Shown here: in pieces, positions 41,485-51,383 of the stretch
How the letters are laid out: the number at the start of each line of letters is the position of its first letter
How positions within the stretch are numbered: position 1 is the stretch's first letter
Source of the DNA: Candidatus Omnitrophota bacterium
GTDB lineage: Bacteria; Omnitrophota; Gorgyraeia; Gygaellales; Profunditerraquicolaceae
Direction of reading: 5' to 3'
Assembly: GCA_028717885.1 (NCBI GenBank)
Contig: JAQUMX010000004.1
Span: forward strand, 2,145-66,144
Length of the DNA stretch: 64,000 nucleotides
The notes under the pieces: generated by a model
The model's input: only the letters and a program-made list of their open reading frames with translations
What the model was told of the DNA's origin: nothing
Database searches by the model: none
Translations under genes and position numbers: made by a program

Positions 41485-42275
41485 TTTAGCAAAAAGGAAA
41501 TAATTTTTAAGCTGGCTCTATAGAGCCGCGACTTTAGAGTACGGGATTCAAAAGTAGTTAGTTTCCACTTATATTCTTCCCACCAGTCAAAAATTACTAC
41601 GTTGCACCTTACCATGCGCCTTTGCAAAGTTACCGGCCCGCTAGATTCTTTATGGCGAGCTAAGGCAGGACGGCTGCCGCCTAACGGAGTGGAAACATTA
41701 TTCAATCTCGCTAATTTCAATAACTCCAGCCAAAATTCAGCAGTTTCGCCATTAGGCAGGCTTTTATTCTTATGCATAGTAATATGATTATAAAGAGACA
41801 TCCTCCAGAAAGTCGATTCTCTGCTGATATGCTCTAGATTTATTCTATACAAATCCAGAGATTCATCTAAAAAACAAGGGCTGCCTTCTTTATTAAGCAT
41901 CATTTTAATGTCTGAAGTAAGCCACTTCACCTCGGGTAAAGCGCTGAATATTTGGCTGACTACTTCAAATGTCCAGGGAAAATATTTGTCCCCGCAGCCA
42001 AGCCAGCCCATAATCTCGCCTGTTGCATGCTGAAAGCCTTTGTTAATCGCCTCCCCCCGCCCCTTATCCGGCTCACTTACCCAATAACTAATCCGGTCAG
42101 AATATCTTCTGATGATTTCTACGCTGCCGTCGGTCGAGCCGCCGTCAATGATGATGTATTCCAGGTTAGGATAGTTCTGGGAGAGGACAGATTTAATAGT
42201 CTCTTCCAAATACTCTGCCTGGTTAAAGGACGGAGTTACGATTGAGATCTTGGGGAAATTATTTTGTTTTGTCAT
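41448..42275 (-). CDS. GT2 paralog C
   Basis: 275 aa. The head is identical to B. The C-terminal half is strongly divergent, retaining only the ESTFWR motif. Confidence 0.8.
   Translation of the reverse strand: MTKQNNFPKISIVTPSFNQAEYLEETIKSVLSQNYPNLEYIIIDGGSTDGSVEIIRRYSDRISYWVSEPDKGRGEAINKGFQHATGEIMGWLGCGDKYFPWTFEVVSQIFSALPEVKWLTSDIKMMLNKEGSPCFLDESLDLYRINLEHISRESTFWRMSLYNHITMHKNKSLPNGETAEFWLELLKLARLNNVSTPLGGSRPALARHKESSGPVTLQRRMVRCNVVIFDWWEEYKWKLTTFESRTLKSRLYRASLKIISFLLKCVKKFSPRSQS
41929..42258. repeat. Second copy of the 330-bp identical block
   Basis: See 41141-41470. Confidence 0.95.
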
Positions 42276-43098
42276 TTTTATATTTAATCACCCTCCTGTC
42301 TGCCAAAAATAAAATCCTGCATAAATTTGGCCTGCGAATCAGCATCCTGGGAATAAATAAACTTTTTTCGGATGGCATCCTGCCAAAACGGCTTGTAAAT
42401 ATCCTCTTCTCCTCTGCGAGGCATGCGTTATATTGATCGGAAGTAGCTTGGCCTTTATGCCGGCGAAAAATCCCTAACGGGACAGTAGCCGAATACAATT
42501 CACTCATCTCCCAAAATCGCGACCATAATTCAAAATCCGGCATAACGCGGGAAGCCTCATTTATATACCCGCCGGCCCTCTCCCACAAGGGCCGCCGCCA
42601 AAAAGTCGATTCCTGCGAAATGACATTATCGCTGGCAAAAAGGTAAAAACCTTTTTTAAAGCCGCTTCTGCCGAAATTTACAAAGGTAAGCTCCTTATGC
42701 GCCAGGTTGTCTATTTCCAGAGAAACTCTCCTGGCAGTAGTCAGCCACTCAACTTTCGGATAGGCGCTAAAAATCTCGGATACTGCTTTAAACGCCCAGG
42801 GAAAATATAAATCATCTGAATTTAACCAGGCCATAATCTCGCCCGTAGAATGCTTAAATCCTTTGTTCAAAGCATCACCATGCCCCTTATCCGGCTCACT
42901 AACCCAGTAGCTTAAGCGATCAGCATATTTCTTAATAATATCAATGCTCCCGTCGGTTGATCCGCCGTCAATAATGATATATTCCAGGTTAGGGTAGTTT
43001 TGGGAAAGGACGGATTTTATAGTCTCCTCCAGGTACTTTCCCTGGTTAAAAGACGGGGTGACGATAGAGATTTTAGGAAAATTATTTTGTTTTGTCAT
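42259..43098 (-). CDS. GT2 paralog D
   Basis: 279 aa. The first ~118 aa are identical to E apart from the first few residues. The tail is related to E and F. Confidence 0.85.
   Translation of the reverse strand: MTKQNNFPKISIVTPSFNQGKYLEETIKSVLSQNYPNLEYIIIDGGSTDGSIDIIKKYADRLSYWVSEPDKGHGDALNKGFKHSTGEIMAWLNSDDLYFPWAFKAVSEIFSAYPKVEWLTTARRVSLEIDNLAHKELTFVNFGRSGFKKGFYLFASDNVISQESTFWRRPLWERAGGYINEASRVMPDFELWSRFWEMSELYSATVPLGIFRRHKGQATSDQYNACLAEEKRIFTSRFGRMPSEKSLFIPRMLIRRPNLCRILFLADRRVIKYKNDKTK
42737..43077. repeat. 341-bp block, 100% identical to 43557-43897 (5' part of GT2 paralogs D and E)
   Basis: Compared in 10-mer blocks; offset 820 bp. A further shared segment cgccggccctctcccacaagggccgccgccaaaaagtcgattcctgc occurs at the same offset (about 42570 and 43390). 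Confidence 0.95.
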
Positions 43099-43912
43099 TT
43101 TTGTATTCGATCGTTCTTTTTCTATTCCTGAAAAACAGGTAATAGAAATAAGGCCTCTTCAATAAAAACTGGGGCAGAAACGTATAAAATTTCCCGGGCA
43201 AATGGCCGGCCCGCTCTTTAAATATCTCTCTGCACATATCACAACAATAATTAAATAAACGGCTGGTAACTTGTTCTTCATGTTTCCTAAATGCCGCCAG
43301 GGAAGTTGTAACAGAATATAATTCCGCCTTTTCGCTAAACCGCGACCATAATTCATAATCAGGCACAATCTTTTCTTTATCAATATGCCCGCCGGCCCTC
43401 TCCCACAAGGGCCGCCGCCAAAAAGTCGATTCCTGCTGCAGGCAGTTAACGGTTTCAGGCAGGTAAAAACCTTTTTTAAAACCGCTTGACCCAAAGTTCA
43501 GGAAAATAAACCTGCAGGTTTCATTGCCATTTTTATCAACTACAACCTTTTTCTCCGTAGTCAGCCACTCAACTTTCGGATAGGCGCTAAAAATCTCGGA
43601 TACTGCTTTAAACGCCCAGGGAAAATATAAATCATCTGAATTTAACCAGGCCATAATCTCGCCCGTAGAATGCTTAAATCCTTTGTTCAAAGCATCACCA
43701 TGCCCCTTATCCGGCTCACTAACCCAGTAGCTTAAGCGATCAGCATATTTCTTAATAATATCAATGCTCCCGTCGGTTGATCCGCCGTCAATAATGATAT
43801 ATTCCAGGTTAGGGTAGTTTTGGGAAAGGACGGATTTTATAGTCTCCTCCAGGTACTTTCCCTGGTTAAAAGACGGGGTGACGATAGAGATTTTAGGGTA
43901 CACTTTATTCAT
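43082..43912 (-). CDS. GT2 paralog E
   Basis: 276 aa; see paralog D. Confidence 0.85.
   Translation of the reverse strand: MNKVYPKISIVTPSFNQGKYLEETIKSVLSQNYPNLEYIIIDGGSTDGSIDIIKKYADRLSYWVSEPDKGHGDALNKGFKHSTGEIMAWLNSDDLYFPWAFKAVSEIFSAYPKVEWLTTEKKVVVDKNGNETCRFIFLNFGSSGFKKGFYLPETVNCLQQESTFWRRPLWERAGGHIDKEKIVPDYELWSRFSEKAELYSVTTSLAAFRKHEEQVTSRLFNYCCDMCREIFKERAGHLPGKFYTFLPQFLLKRPYFYYLFFRNRKRTIEYKNDKTK
43557..43897. repeat. Second copy of the 341-bp identical block
   Basis: See 42737-43077. Confidence 0.95.
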
Positions 43913-44864
43913 CTAATTCACGATTAAGCCAAACTTGCACACCATCATCAAAATAAATAGCGCCATACGCAGTATCGCTTGTCCTTTTGCACGGATAATC
44001 GTAAAGGCATTTCCATCCTAAATTATTAAAAAGGGCGCGTAAGCCTGCTTCGATCTCCGGGCTATGTGTGCCGATATGCACACGCTTGACCTTTTGAGCT
44101 ATCTCATTTTTGGCTGAACTAAATACCTTACTCTCCGCACCCTGGATATCTGCATGAATAAGATCTACGCAACCGCAAGGAGCAAGCAATGATTTTAGGC
44201 AAACTGCCCTTACCTTCTTTTCCTCTATAAAACCATGCACCGCTTTGCCGCTCTTCGAATCAGTAAGCGTTAATTTTCTCTTCCCCGGATGCCGATTCTT
44301 TCCAGAAACAAATAAAAAAATGCCTTCTGTTAGATGGCGCAGATGCACCAATTTGTTGACTACGGCATTTCCATAATTAGCAGGGAATCCTATTTGAAAA
44401 AAAACGTTTCCATCTTTATCATAAACTGCGGCATTAATCAGCCGGTGCTTCTTAGGGTCAATATGATTATCGATAAAATTTTGCTTTAACCATGCGAAAT
44501 GCGTCTCTTCTGCCTCTATCCCTGTAAGATAGCACGGGAAGCCTTCTCCGTGGAAGCTTCGCACAGCCAGATAGGCATTTACCAGGTGGAAGCCAAAACC
44601 TGCTCCCAACTCAAACATGGTAAACCTCTTTTTAGCCTGAACAACACTTTCTAGAACGCTAATCCACTCGAAATAACCTTCGGAAAAGTCCGGGTATCTG
44701 GCACAACCACGCTCTTGCTGCCTATCGGTATGCGCTAATTTTTCAGCATAAAAATAATCGAGATATTCTTTTCTTACGATTGCTCCGAGAAAATTAGTGC
44801 AAAACTGCGCTCCGGGATTAAGCCTGACTTGCTTAAAGTTCGCAAAAACCTCGTGATGCTGCAT
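43905..44864 (-). CDS. FkbM-family methyltransferase
   Basis: 319 aa. [10 protein letters not shown] and [16 protein letters not shown] are FkbM-type motifs. Confidence 0.7.
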   Translation of the reverse strand: MQHHEVFANFKQVRLNPGAQFCTNFLGAIVRKEYLDYFYAEKLAHTDRQQERGCARYPDFSEGYFEWISVLESVVQAKKRFTMFELGAGFGFHLVNAYLAVRSFHGEGFPCYLTGIEAEETHFAWLKQNFIDNHIDPKKHRLINAAVYDKDGNVFFQIGFPANYGNAVVNKLVHLRHLTEGIFLFVSGKNRHPGKRKLTLTDSKSGKAVHGFIEEKKVRAVCLKSLLAPCGCVDLIHADIQGAESKVFSSAKNEIAQKVKRVHIGTHSPEIEAGLRALFNNLGWKCLYDYPCKRTSDTAYGAIYFDDGVQVWLNRELDE

Positions 44865-44873
44865 TAAAATCCT

Positions 44874-45848
44874 TTATCTTCTTAAAAACCCTAAACCTTT
44901 GGACAACAACATTGCCCTCAATAACCTTAGCCTGCCAACGAATGATATATTCTGTGGTTTAAATATCTCCTCGTCTTTATATCCTAATTGTTTGCAGGCA
45001 GAACGATAAGTACCGTATTCATAAATAGTATTATAATTACAGCCGCAATATAAGTATGGGCATTTTTCCATTCCCGGAGGAAAAAATTTATCTTTATTCA
45101 CCGAAAAACCATCCAGGAAATTCCCCATTTTTAACCTGGGTTTATCGTAACGGCTATTGCACCAAAGGCCGTAATAGAAAGAGGCATCCGCAAGAATGAT
45201 GTAATAAAAATACCCCAATGCGCATCTTTTCCCTAAACTTGTTACAAAATTTCTTGCAGCTTCAACTTCTTTTTCTTTACTGATTTTTCCGGTTACGGTC
45301 CAGGGAGGTATGTAACTTTGAAAGAATATTCTTTGGCCTGTTTTGCTCTCGATTTCGCATAGCCTCTTTCTGTCAGCGATAGATAGGCCATAATCTACCT
45401 GCGCCAGCGATAACGCAGTAATATTTTTAAGTTTATTTATCCTCGAAATTAAAAATTCAACATCGGCATCGCTCCTATACTTGATATGCAAACTGGCCAC
45501 GATTTGTGACAGCTTCGGCACATGGTCCATTATCCTGTCTATGGAAATAAGGTTGGTAATCAGCCTGGTTTCGATATTGGGTACTGCACTCAATATTTCG
45601 ATAACTTCAACGATATTCCTGGCCAGCAGAGGTTCCCCTCCGGAAAAGACTACTATAACTTTCTTAGCGAATTGGCTTATTTCGGCGATTTTCCTTGCGA
45701 TCTCAATTTCGCGCCCGGGAGAATAGCTTATTTTAGTCCGTTCTTTCTGCGAATATTCCCCCTTGTTGACACAGTAACTACAATTAAGGTTACAATCGTC
45801 AATTACCGCCCAATCAAAAAACAATAAATCTTTTTTTTCCGGCGTCAT
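44874..45848 (-). CDS. Radical SAM protein
   Basis: 324 aa. CNLNCSYC (CxxxCxxC) near the N-terminus, a GGEPLL motif, and a Cys-rich C-terminal region (CPYLYCGC). Confidence 0.8.
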   Translation of the reverse strand: MTPEKKDLLFFDWAVIDDCNLNCSYCVNKGEYSQKERTKISYSPGREIEIARKIAEISQFAKKVIVVFSGGEPLLARNIVEVIEILSAVPNIETRLITNLISIDRIMDHVPKLSQIVASLHIKYRSDADVEFLISRINKLKNITALSLAQVDYGLSIADRKRLCEIESKTGQRIFFQSYIPPWTVTGKISKEKEVEAARNFVTSLGKRCALGYFYYIILADASFYYGLWCNSRYDKPRLKMGNFLDGFSVNKDKFFPPGMEKCPYLYCGCNYNTIYEYGTYRSACKQLGYKDEEIFKPQNISFVGRLRLLRAMLLSKGLGFLRR

Positions 45849-46753
45849 AGTTGGAAAACTTTTTTTCTTAAACCCCTCAATAAACCGGCCATTCTTCTTA
45901 AGTTAAACATTAGCGAATACCATTTGATGGCCCCATGGCTATAGTCGATTATCCTTTTTTTATTTCTTAATAAGGCAATTGTGTTAAAAACCGGGACCCT
46001 GATCTTAATAGATTGGACAAGGCGTATAATCCTAGGAGGGAAATTACCGTTGTGTTTGCGCCATACTGCCATCGCTTGTTCACAACAGGCACCAAAGATC
46101 CGGCTTGACTTCTGGTTGGCATGCCAACGAAAAATCCCTAAGGGTACAGGCACGCTATAAAGATCGGCTGCTTCCCAAAACCTTGACCAAAGCTCAAAAT
46201 CAGGGACATTCAAAAAATCCTTATCGATATATCCTCCCGTTTTTTCCCATAATGAACGCCGCCAAAAAGTTGATTCCTGCGTAATGCAATTTCCGCTATC
46301 CGGCAGATAGAGGCCGTCTTTATAGGCTTTTTTCCCAAGGTTCAAAAATACTCTCTGCTTAAAATCCTTTCCGCTTGAGCCAACCACAGTCGGGGTTTCC
46401 GTAGTCAACCATTCTACATGCGGATATTTAGTAAAAATTGCGGATATCGTGGCTAAAGTCCAGGGGAAATATAAATCATCTGCATTAAGCCACCCCATAA
46501 TCTCACCGCAGGAAGATTGAAAACCTTTATTCAAAGTAAATCCCAACCCCATATTTTTTTCATTAGCCAAAAAACTAATCCGGTGGCCGTACTTACTTAT
46601 AATCTCCCGGCTGTTATCTGTAGAACAATCTTCAACGACAATATATTCAAGATTAGGATAAGACTGGGAGAGAACCGAACATATGGCCTCTTCCAGATAC
46701 TGCGCCTGGTTAAAAGACGGGGTGACGATGGAAATTTTGATACTATGAGCCAT
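45845..46753 (-). CDS. GT2 paralog F (sixth, more divergent member of the family)
   Basis: 302 aa. [26 protein letters not shown]...QESTFWRR...[10 protein letters not shown]. Confidence 0.85.
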   Translation of the reverse strand: MAHSIKISIVTPSFNQAQYLEEAICSVLSQSYPNLEYIVVEDCSTDNSREIISKYGHRISFLANEKNMGLGFTLNKGFQSSCGEIMGWLNADDLYFPWTLATISAIFTKYPHVEWLTTETPTVVGSSGKDFKQRVFLNLGKKAYKDGLYLPDSGNCITQESTFWRRSLWEKTGGYIDKDFLNVPDFELWSRFWEAADLYSVPVPLGIFRWHANQKSSRIFGACCEQAMAVWRKHNGNFPPRIIRLVQSIKIRVPVFNTIALLRNKKRIIDYSHGAIKWYSLMFNLRRMAGLLRGLRKKVFQL

Positions 46754-46759
46754 GGAACA

Positions 46760-48160
46760 CTAAGCCTCGTTTTTCTTGAAAAGAAAAACACCGACGCCGA
46801 ATATTATCCACATCTGGCTGATATTTAAAAAAAACAGGTTATAAGAATCGAATACCCCGTTAAATAAAAAAGCGATCGTGGCGCCAATAATACCGATATG
46901 GGATGGCAAGTCCATCGAAACTCTCTTCTTTAGAGGCGCAAAGATTTTCTTGAACCATGTAAAAACAAACCAGAGAAAACCAAACAGGCCAATGAGCCCC
47001 TGTGCCAGGCCGATCGACAAATAAATATTGTGCGCCGTAGTAAAAAGAGAGCCAAATTTATAATACTCTTCAAAGCCTATTCCCATAGGATTTGAAAAAA
47101 CCTCCACCGCAGCAGATTTCCAGATAACAAAACGATCAAGTAAGCTTATATCTTGAGAAACATTTTTCAGGGATTCGATTCTTCTCCATAATTCCACCCC
47201 TAAAAAATCGGCATTAACTATAAATAAACACCCGATGGCAAAAAGCAGAATTGCAAAAGTAACCCTTAATAAATGCGGCCTGGAATATCTTATAGTCAGG
47301 ATAAAAACAGCTACCAAGCCTAAAATTGCACCAAACCAACAACTACGGCTTCCTGTCAAGACCAAAAGATAGGAAAGCGCGCATAACGCACCTAGCCCAA
47401 TATACCTTTTAAAACGCGAAGGGCTTAACAGGAACAAGGAAAACGATAGAACGATCAAACTGCTTAAATAATCAGCCAGCGCCAAAGCATGGACAGCAAA
47501 TATGTTATTCGCAAATTCAATCTTGCCCCCCAGCCTTAAAGTCTCCACGGAATCATTGAGCATATCCGGGCTATACTTAAAAATATACCAATAACGGCTC
47601 CCTAATACGCAGCCTCCGATAATCATCGCAATAATGCAATTATTCAAATGTGATTTATTTTTTATAAGTTTCGAACAAAGAAAATACGTGATGAGGCCGT
47701 AAAAACAATTCTCCCTGACTAAATCGTAGGCAAGCTCCCTTCCTGCCGGCTGCCCGGACCCTAAGAGAAATGCAGCCATTCCTCCCAGAAAAAATAAAAA
47801 TAAAGGCAAAAAAAGAGGAACCGTTACAATGTAGCGCAGATCTTCTTTGGAACGGACCGACAGCAAAGCTTTAACTAACCAACCGATAAAACCTGCATAG
47901 AGCCCAACTTCAACTAATGATGCATCATGCAAGAGGTCTTGCAGCGGCCCCAGCTGCAGATACCGCGGGAACCAGAAGAAAGCGATAAACAAATAGAGAA
48001 AGAAAATTTCCTTTGAATACAATAAAACCAAAACCGCTATAAAAAAACCGAATAACGCAAAACGTAAGCTTCTGGCATAAGATACCCAGACAAAAGCAAT
48101 AAACAACGCGGCAATAATACTAAAAATAAGGTTAAGATTCTTCCTGCGTGTTTCAATCAT
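46760..48160 (-). CDS. O-antigen ligase/polymerase (Wzy_C-type) polytopic membrane protein
   Basis: 466 aa with at least 10 TM segments and the LTGSRSCWFGAILGL motif. Confidence 0.75.
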   Translation of the reverse strand: MIETRRKNLNLIFSIIAALFIAFVWVSYARSLRFALFGFFIAVLVLLYSKEIFFLYLFIAFFWFPRYLQLGPLQDLLHDASLVEVGLYAGFIGWLVKALLSVRSKEDLRYIVTVPLFLPLFLFFLGGMAAFLLGSGQPAGRELAYDLVRENCFYGLITYFLCSKLIKNKSHLNNCIIAMIIGGCVLGSRYWYIFKYSPDMLNDSVETLRLGGKIEFANNIFAVHALALADYLSSLIVLSFSLFLLSPSRFKRYIGLGALCALSYLLVLTGSRSCWFGAILGLVAVFILTIRYSRPHLLRVTFAILLFAIGCLFIVNADFLGVELWRRIESLKNVSQDISLLDRFVIWKSAAVEVFSNPMGIGFEEYYKFGSLFTTAHNIYLSIGLAQGLIGLFGFLWFVFTWFKKIFAPLKKRVSMDLPSHIGIIGATIAFLFNGVFDSYNLFFLNISQMWIIFGVGVFLFKKNEA

Positions 48161-48162
48161 TA

Positions 48163-49431
48163 TTATGAATTAACCTCGGTAACCGTCCATTCATGGTCCA
48201 TAAGCATCACTCCAACTCCGGAATCCGGCAATTTGCTATTCGCAAAAAATGAACCCACTTCCACATCGAATTTTCCGGCATCATGAAGCATATCCGAAAT
48301 TACCCCTTCCACCCGGCAAAAAACGTTAAAAGTATAGCTGCCGGGCACAAGCGGCAATTTCTTTATCCTGCACCTTACTATTCCCCGCGATGGGGCCTGC
48401 GGCCAGATTTCCCCAGAAACCCGGTTAGCCAAATCAGTAATATTATTACCCAAAAAATCATTAAGCACAAAAGAAACCGATACATTTTGCAATCTTTCAT
48501 GCGGATGAGAAACATACTCTACGGCTATCACCGCCTCCTCCCCGCTTCGAAAAGCCTTTACGCTTTGCCCTTGTGCATTTTCGAGGTGATAGTTTACAAA
48601 TTTCATTACCCCGCTGCCGGAACGATCAGAACGGCTGCCTAAGTCGGTCTCCATAAGCTGGTAGATGCGGTTAATATATTCATTAATTACCGCTTCCTTA
48701 TTGCCTTCTGCCAGGATCCTCCCTTTGTCTAATAATATCGCGCGTGAACAAAGCGCATTGATCACCGACATGTTATGGCTGATAAACAATACAGTCCTTT
48801 CCTTCTTAATCTCCTCCCCTATCTTTTCGAAGCATTTTTTCTGAAAACGAGTATCGCCAACGCTTAATATCTCATCGATCAAGAGGATATCCGTATCCAA
48901 GTGAGCCGCGACAGCAAATGCCAAGCGCACATACATGCCATTTGAATAGAATTTAATTGGGGTATCCAAAAATTCGCCTATCCCGGAAAATTCCACTATT
49001 TCCTCAAATCTACGGCTGATTTCTCTGTGCTTCATCCCCAAAATTATGCCATTAAAATAAATATTTTCCCGGCCTGTTAAATCGGGATGAAACCCTGTGC
49101 CCACTTCCAATAAAGAGCCGACCCGGCCGTGCACCCTGACACATCCGGAAGTCGGCTTGGTGATCTTTGACATAATTTTAAAAAGTGTGGTCTTGCCGGC
49201 GCCATTGCGCCCAATTATCCCTACAACTTCACCCTGTTTTATCTCGAAAGAGACATTATCCAGAGCCCTCACCATGCCTGTGCCCTGCCCATAGGCAGAA
49301 GGCCGCCGGTTTATAGGCTTTAAAAACAATCTCGATAAACTCTCCTTTATGTTTAACGGGCTATTTTCGGTATACTTACGAAGATTATATTCCTTCCCAA
49401 GATTCTCGGCTACAACCGCCAACTGTCCCAT
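48163..49431 (-). CDS. wzt: Polysaccharide ABC exporter ATP-binding protein with a C-terminal Wzt_C-like carbohydrate-binding domain
   Basis: 422 aa. Walker A GRNGAGKTT, signature YSNGMYVRL, and a ~160-aa beta-rich extension beginning DRSGSGVMKFVNYHL. Confidence 0.85.
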   Translation of the reverse strand: MGQLAVVAENLGKEYNLRKYTENSPLNIKESLSRLFLKPINRRPSAYGQGTGMVRALDNVSFEIKQGEVVGIIGRNGAGKTTLFKIMSKITKPTSGCVRVHGRVGSLLEVGTGFHPDLTGRENIYFNGIILGMKHREISRRFEEIVEFSGIGEFLDTPIKFYSNGMYVRLAFAVAAHLDTDILLIDEILSVGDTRFQKKCFEKIGEEIKKERTVLFISHNMSVINALCSRAILLDKGRILAEGNKEAVINEYINRIYQLMETDLGSRSDRSGSGVMKFVNYHLENAQGQSVKAFRSGEEAVIAVEYVSHPHERLQNVSVSFVLNDFLGNNITDLANRVSGEIWPQAPSRGIVRCRIKKLPLVPGSYTFNVFCRVEGVISDMLHDAGKFDVEVGSFFANSKLPDSGVGVMLMDHEWTVTEVNS

Positions 49432-49450
49432 ATGGTTTTAAGATCCCCTC

Positions 49451-50296
49451 CTAAACTATATCCGCAAACGAATCTTCTGTTTTTAAAAAATAAAGTAACC
49501 CGCCGAGGAATATAAGAAATAAAATTATGAACGCCAGCGGAAAACTATCCGTAAAGATCAATGGTGTACCTAAGAAACTCCAGCGAAAACCATCGATAAT
49601 CACTGCCATGGGGTTAAGATAATACAAGAATTTCCAATGTGCAGGGATGATTTTTGCCGTATAAGCTACCGGCGAACAATAAAACCAGATTTGAATCAGA
49701 AAAGGAACGGCATTACGGATATCCCGGTATCTGACATTCAAGGCAGATAACCAGAAACTTACCCCCATGGCCAAAATTATTCCTAACAACAGGAACAGCG
49801 GAAGATAAACAATTCCGGGGCTGATTCTTATGTTGTAAATAAATAGAATAACTACAAAAAACGCCGTTGTAATACAAAAATCTATCAGGTTTTTTAAAAT
49901 AATGTAGGTGGGCAGGATAATCCTGGGAAAATAAACTTTTGTCACCAGGTCCCGGCTCATCACTAAACTATCTACGGACATTGAGGTGCTATTCGCAAAT
50001 AAGTTCCAGGGCAGGAATGCACACAAAACAATAACTAAATAAGGGTGGCTCCCGGAAGAACCCAGCCCGAGAAAACGGCCGAATATAACGCTGAATATCA
50101 GAGAGGAAAGGAACGGCTGAATAATTACCCAGCTGACACCGATTAAGGTTTGCCGGTACTTAATTTTCAGGTCTCTCAAGATCAGAAAAAGAAGCAATTC
50201 GCGATAGGACCAAATCTCTCCGGCACTCACAGAAAGGCTGTCTCTTTCAGAACAAATTCTACGCATACCGGATTTTTCTTGAAGATGGACGCTCAT
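49451..50296 (-). CDS. wzm: Polysaccharide ABC exporter permease (ABC-2 type)
   Basis: 281 aa. RDLKIKYRQTLIGVSWVIIQP is the typical Wzm/TagG N-terminal motif. 6 TM segments. Confidence 0.85.
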   Translation of the reverse strand: MSVHLQEKSGMRRICSERDSLSVSAGEIWSYRELLLFLILRDLKIKYRQTLIGVSWVIIQPFLSSLIFSVIFGRFLGLGSSGSHPYLVIVLCAFLPWNLFANSTSMSVDSLVMSRDLVTKVYFPRIILPTYIILKNLIDFCITTAFFVVILFIYNIRISPGIVYLPLFLLLGIILAMGVSFWLSALNVRYRDIRNAVPFLIQIWFYCSPVAYTAKIIPAHWKFLYYLNPMAVIIDGFRWSFLGTPLIFTDSFPLAFIILFLIFLGGLLYFLKTEDSFADIV

Positions 50297-50300
50297 ATTA

Positions 50301-51383
50301 TTATATTTTATTTAATCTCGCTCTTGCTTCCTTCTTTATGGTTTCCGCTTCATCCCCCGAAGCAGACCTGATAGCTTCCTCAAAGAAAAATTTTGCTTTG
50401 TCTTTTAAACCCAGCATTTCATAAGAATAGCCCAAACAGAGCATCTCTATGCTGCGAGTAGGGTCAATCGCTAAGGCCGTTTCAAAAGATTCGCTTGCCT
50501 GCCCATACTGCTTAAGCCTGAAATAACAGTCTCCGAGGTTGTGCGCAAAAACAGCGTTACGGGGCGATAATTGCACTGCTTGCTCGAAATATGGCAGCGC
50601 CTCGCTAAATTGTTTTTTCTCAAACGAGTATATTACCCCGATCCAATTGTAAGCTTCAGCCTGTGTATTCTTGTCATTTTCCTTACGCGCAAGGATAATA
50701 GATTTTTTATATTCCCGTATACTTTCCGGATATTTCTTCTTTCCCCGCAGGAACTGTGCGAAAGAGAACCGCAAATTAGCGTTATTCGGGACGATCCCCG
50801 CCAAGAAAACATAGTCACCGCGGTATAGAGAAAAAATTTCCTCAAAAATATCTACCCCCACACCCTTTTCCCATAAAGATATCGCTTTTTTAAACTCCGC
50901 ACGCGCCCGTTGCCGGCCAAAGCTTTCGGTACGCAGAGAGTAAAACTTTGCTAATTCATAATGGGTCAAGAAACTCATAGGCCCTAAATTAAGCGCCTTT
51001 AAGAACTCTGTTTCAGCCGGGGCAGTTTCATTCATTGAAGCTAAAATATTGGCTAGTTCCAAATGATAAAAATAATTAGTAGGCTCCAGCAACAAAGCAT
51101 CAACAGCCTTCTTTTTCGCCAAGACAAAATCATTTTGGCTTAGAAACACCTGTGCTAACTTAAATTGGTATTCCGAAACCAAGGGATTTAGCCTCACGGC
51201 AGATCTTAAGGAATTCATCACTTCTTCCTTTATCAGCCCAAGTCCGTTCGCAATATCCACTTTTTTATTCTTTTCATAAATTCGTGCGGCGGCATACTTC
51301 TGCCAGAGGAAATACTGGAGAAAAAAAATACAAAGTGCGAAGAATATGAAATTATATATTGCTATTTGCCTGGTTAATTTCAT
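50301..51383 (-). CDS. TM-anchored TPR-repeat protein
   Basis: 360 aa with an N-terminal TM helix and TPR units. Confidence 0.75.
   Translation of the reverse strand: MKLTRQIAIYNFIFFALCIFFLQYFLWQKYAAARIYEKNKKVDIANGLGLIKEEVMNSLRSAVRLNPLVSEYQFKLAQVFLSQNDFVLAKKKAVDALLLEPTNYFYHLELANILASMNETAPAETEFLKALNLGPMSFLTHYELAKFYSLRTESFGRQRARAEFKKAISLWEKGVGVDIFEEIFSLYRGDYVFLAGIVPNNANLRFSFAQFLRGKKKYPESIREYKKSIILARKENDKNTQAEAYNWIGVIYSFEKKQFSEALPYFEQAVQLSPRNAVFAHNLGDCYFRLKQYGQASESFETALAIDPTRSIEMLCLGYSYEMLGLKDKAKFFFEEAIRSASGDEAETIKKEARARLNKI

Noticed and set aside
41164-42245. Two identical 97-aa + strand ORFs (41164-41457 and 41952-42245)
   Set aside because: They are antisense by-products of the 330-bp identical block shared by GT2 paralogs B and C, not duplicated genes in their own right.
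43159-43494. Minus-strand 111-aa ORF nested in GT2 paralog E
   Set aside because: It is an alternative frame of a well-supported GT2 gene, and its composition is not protein-like.
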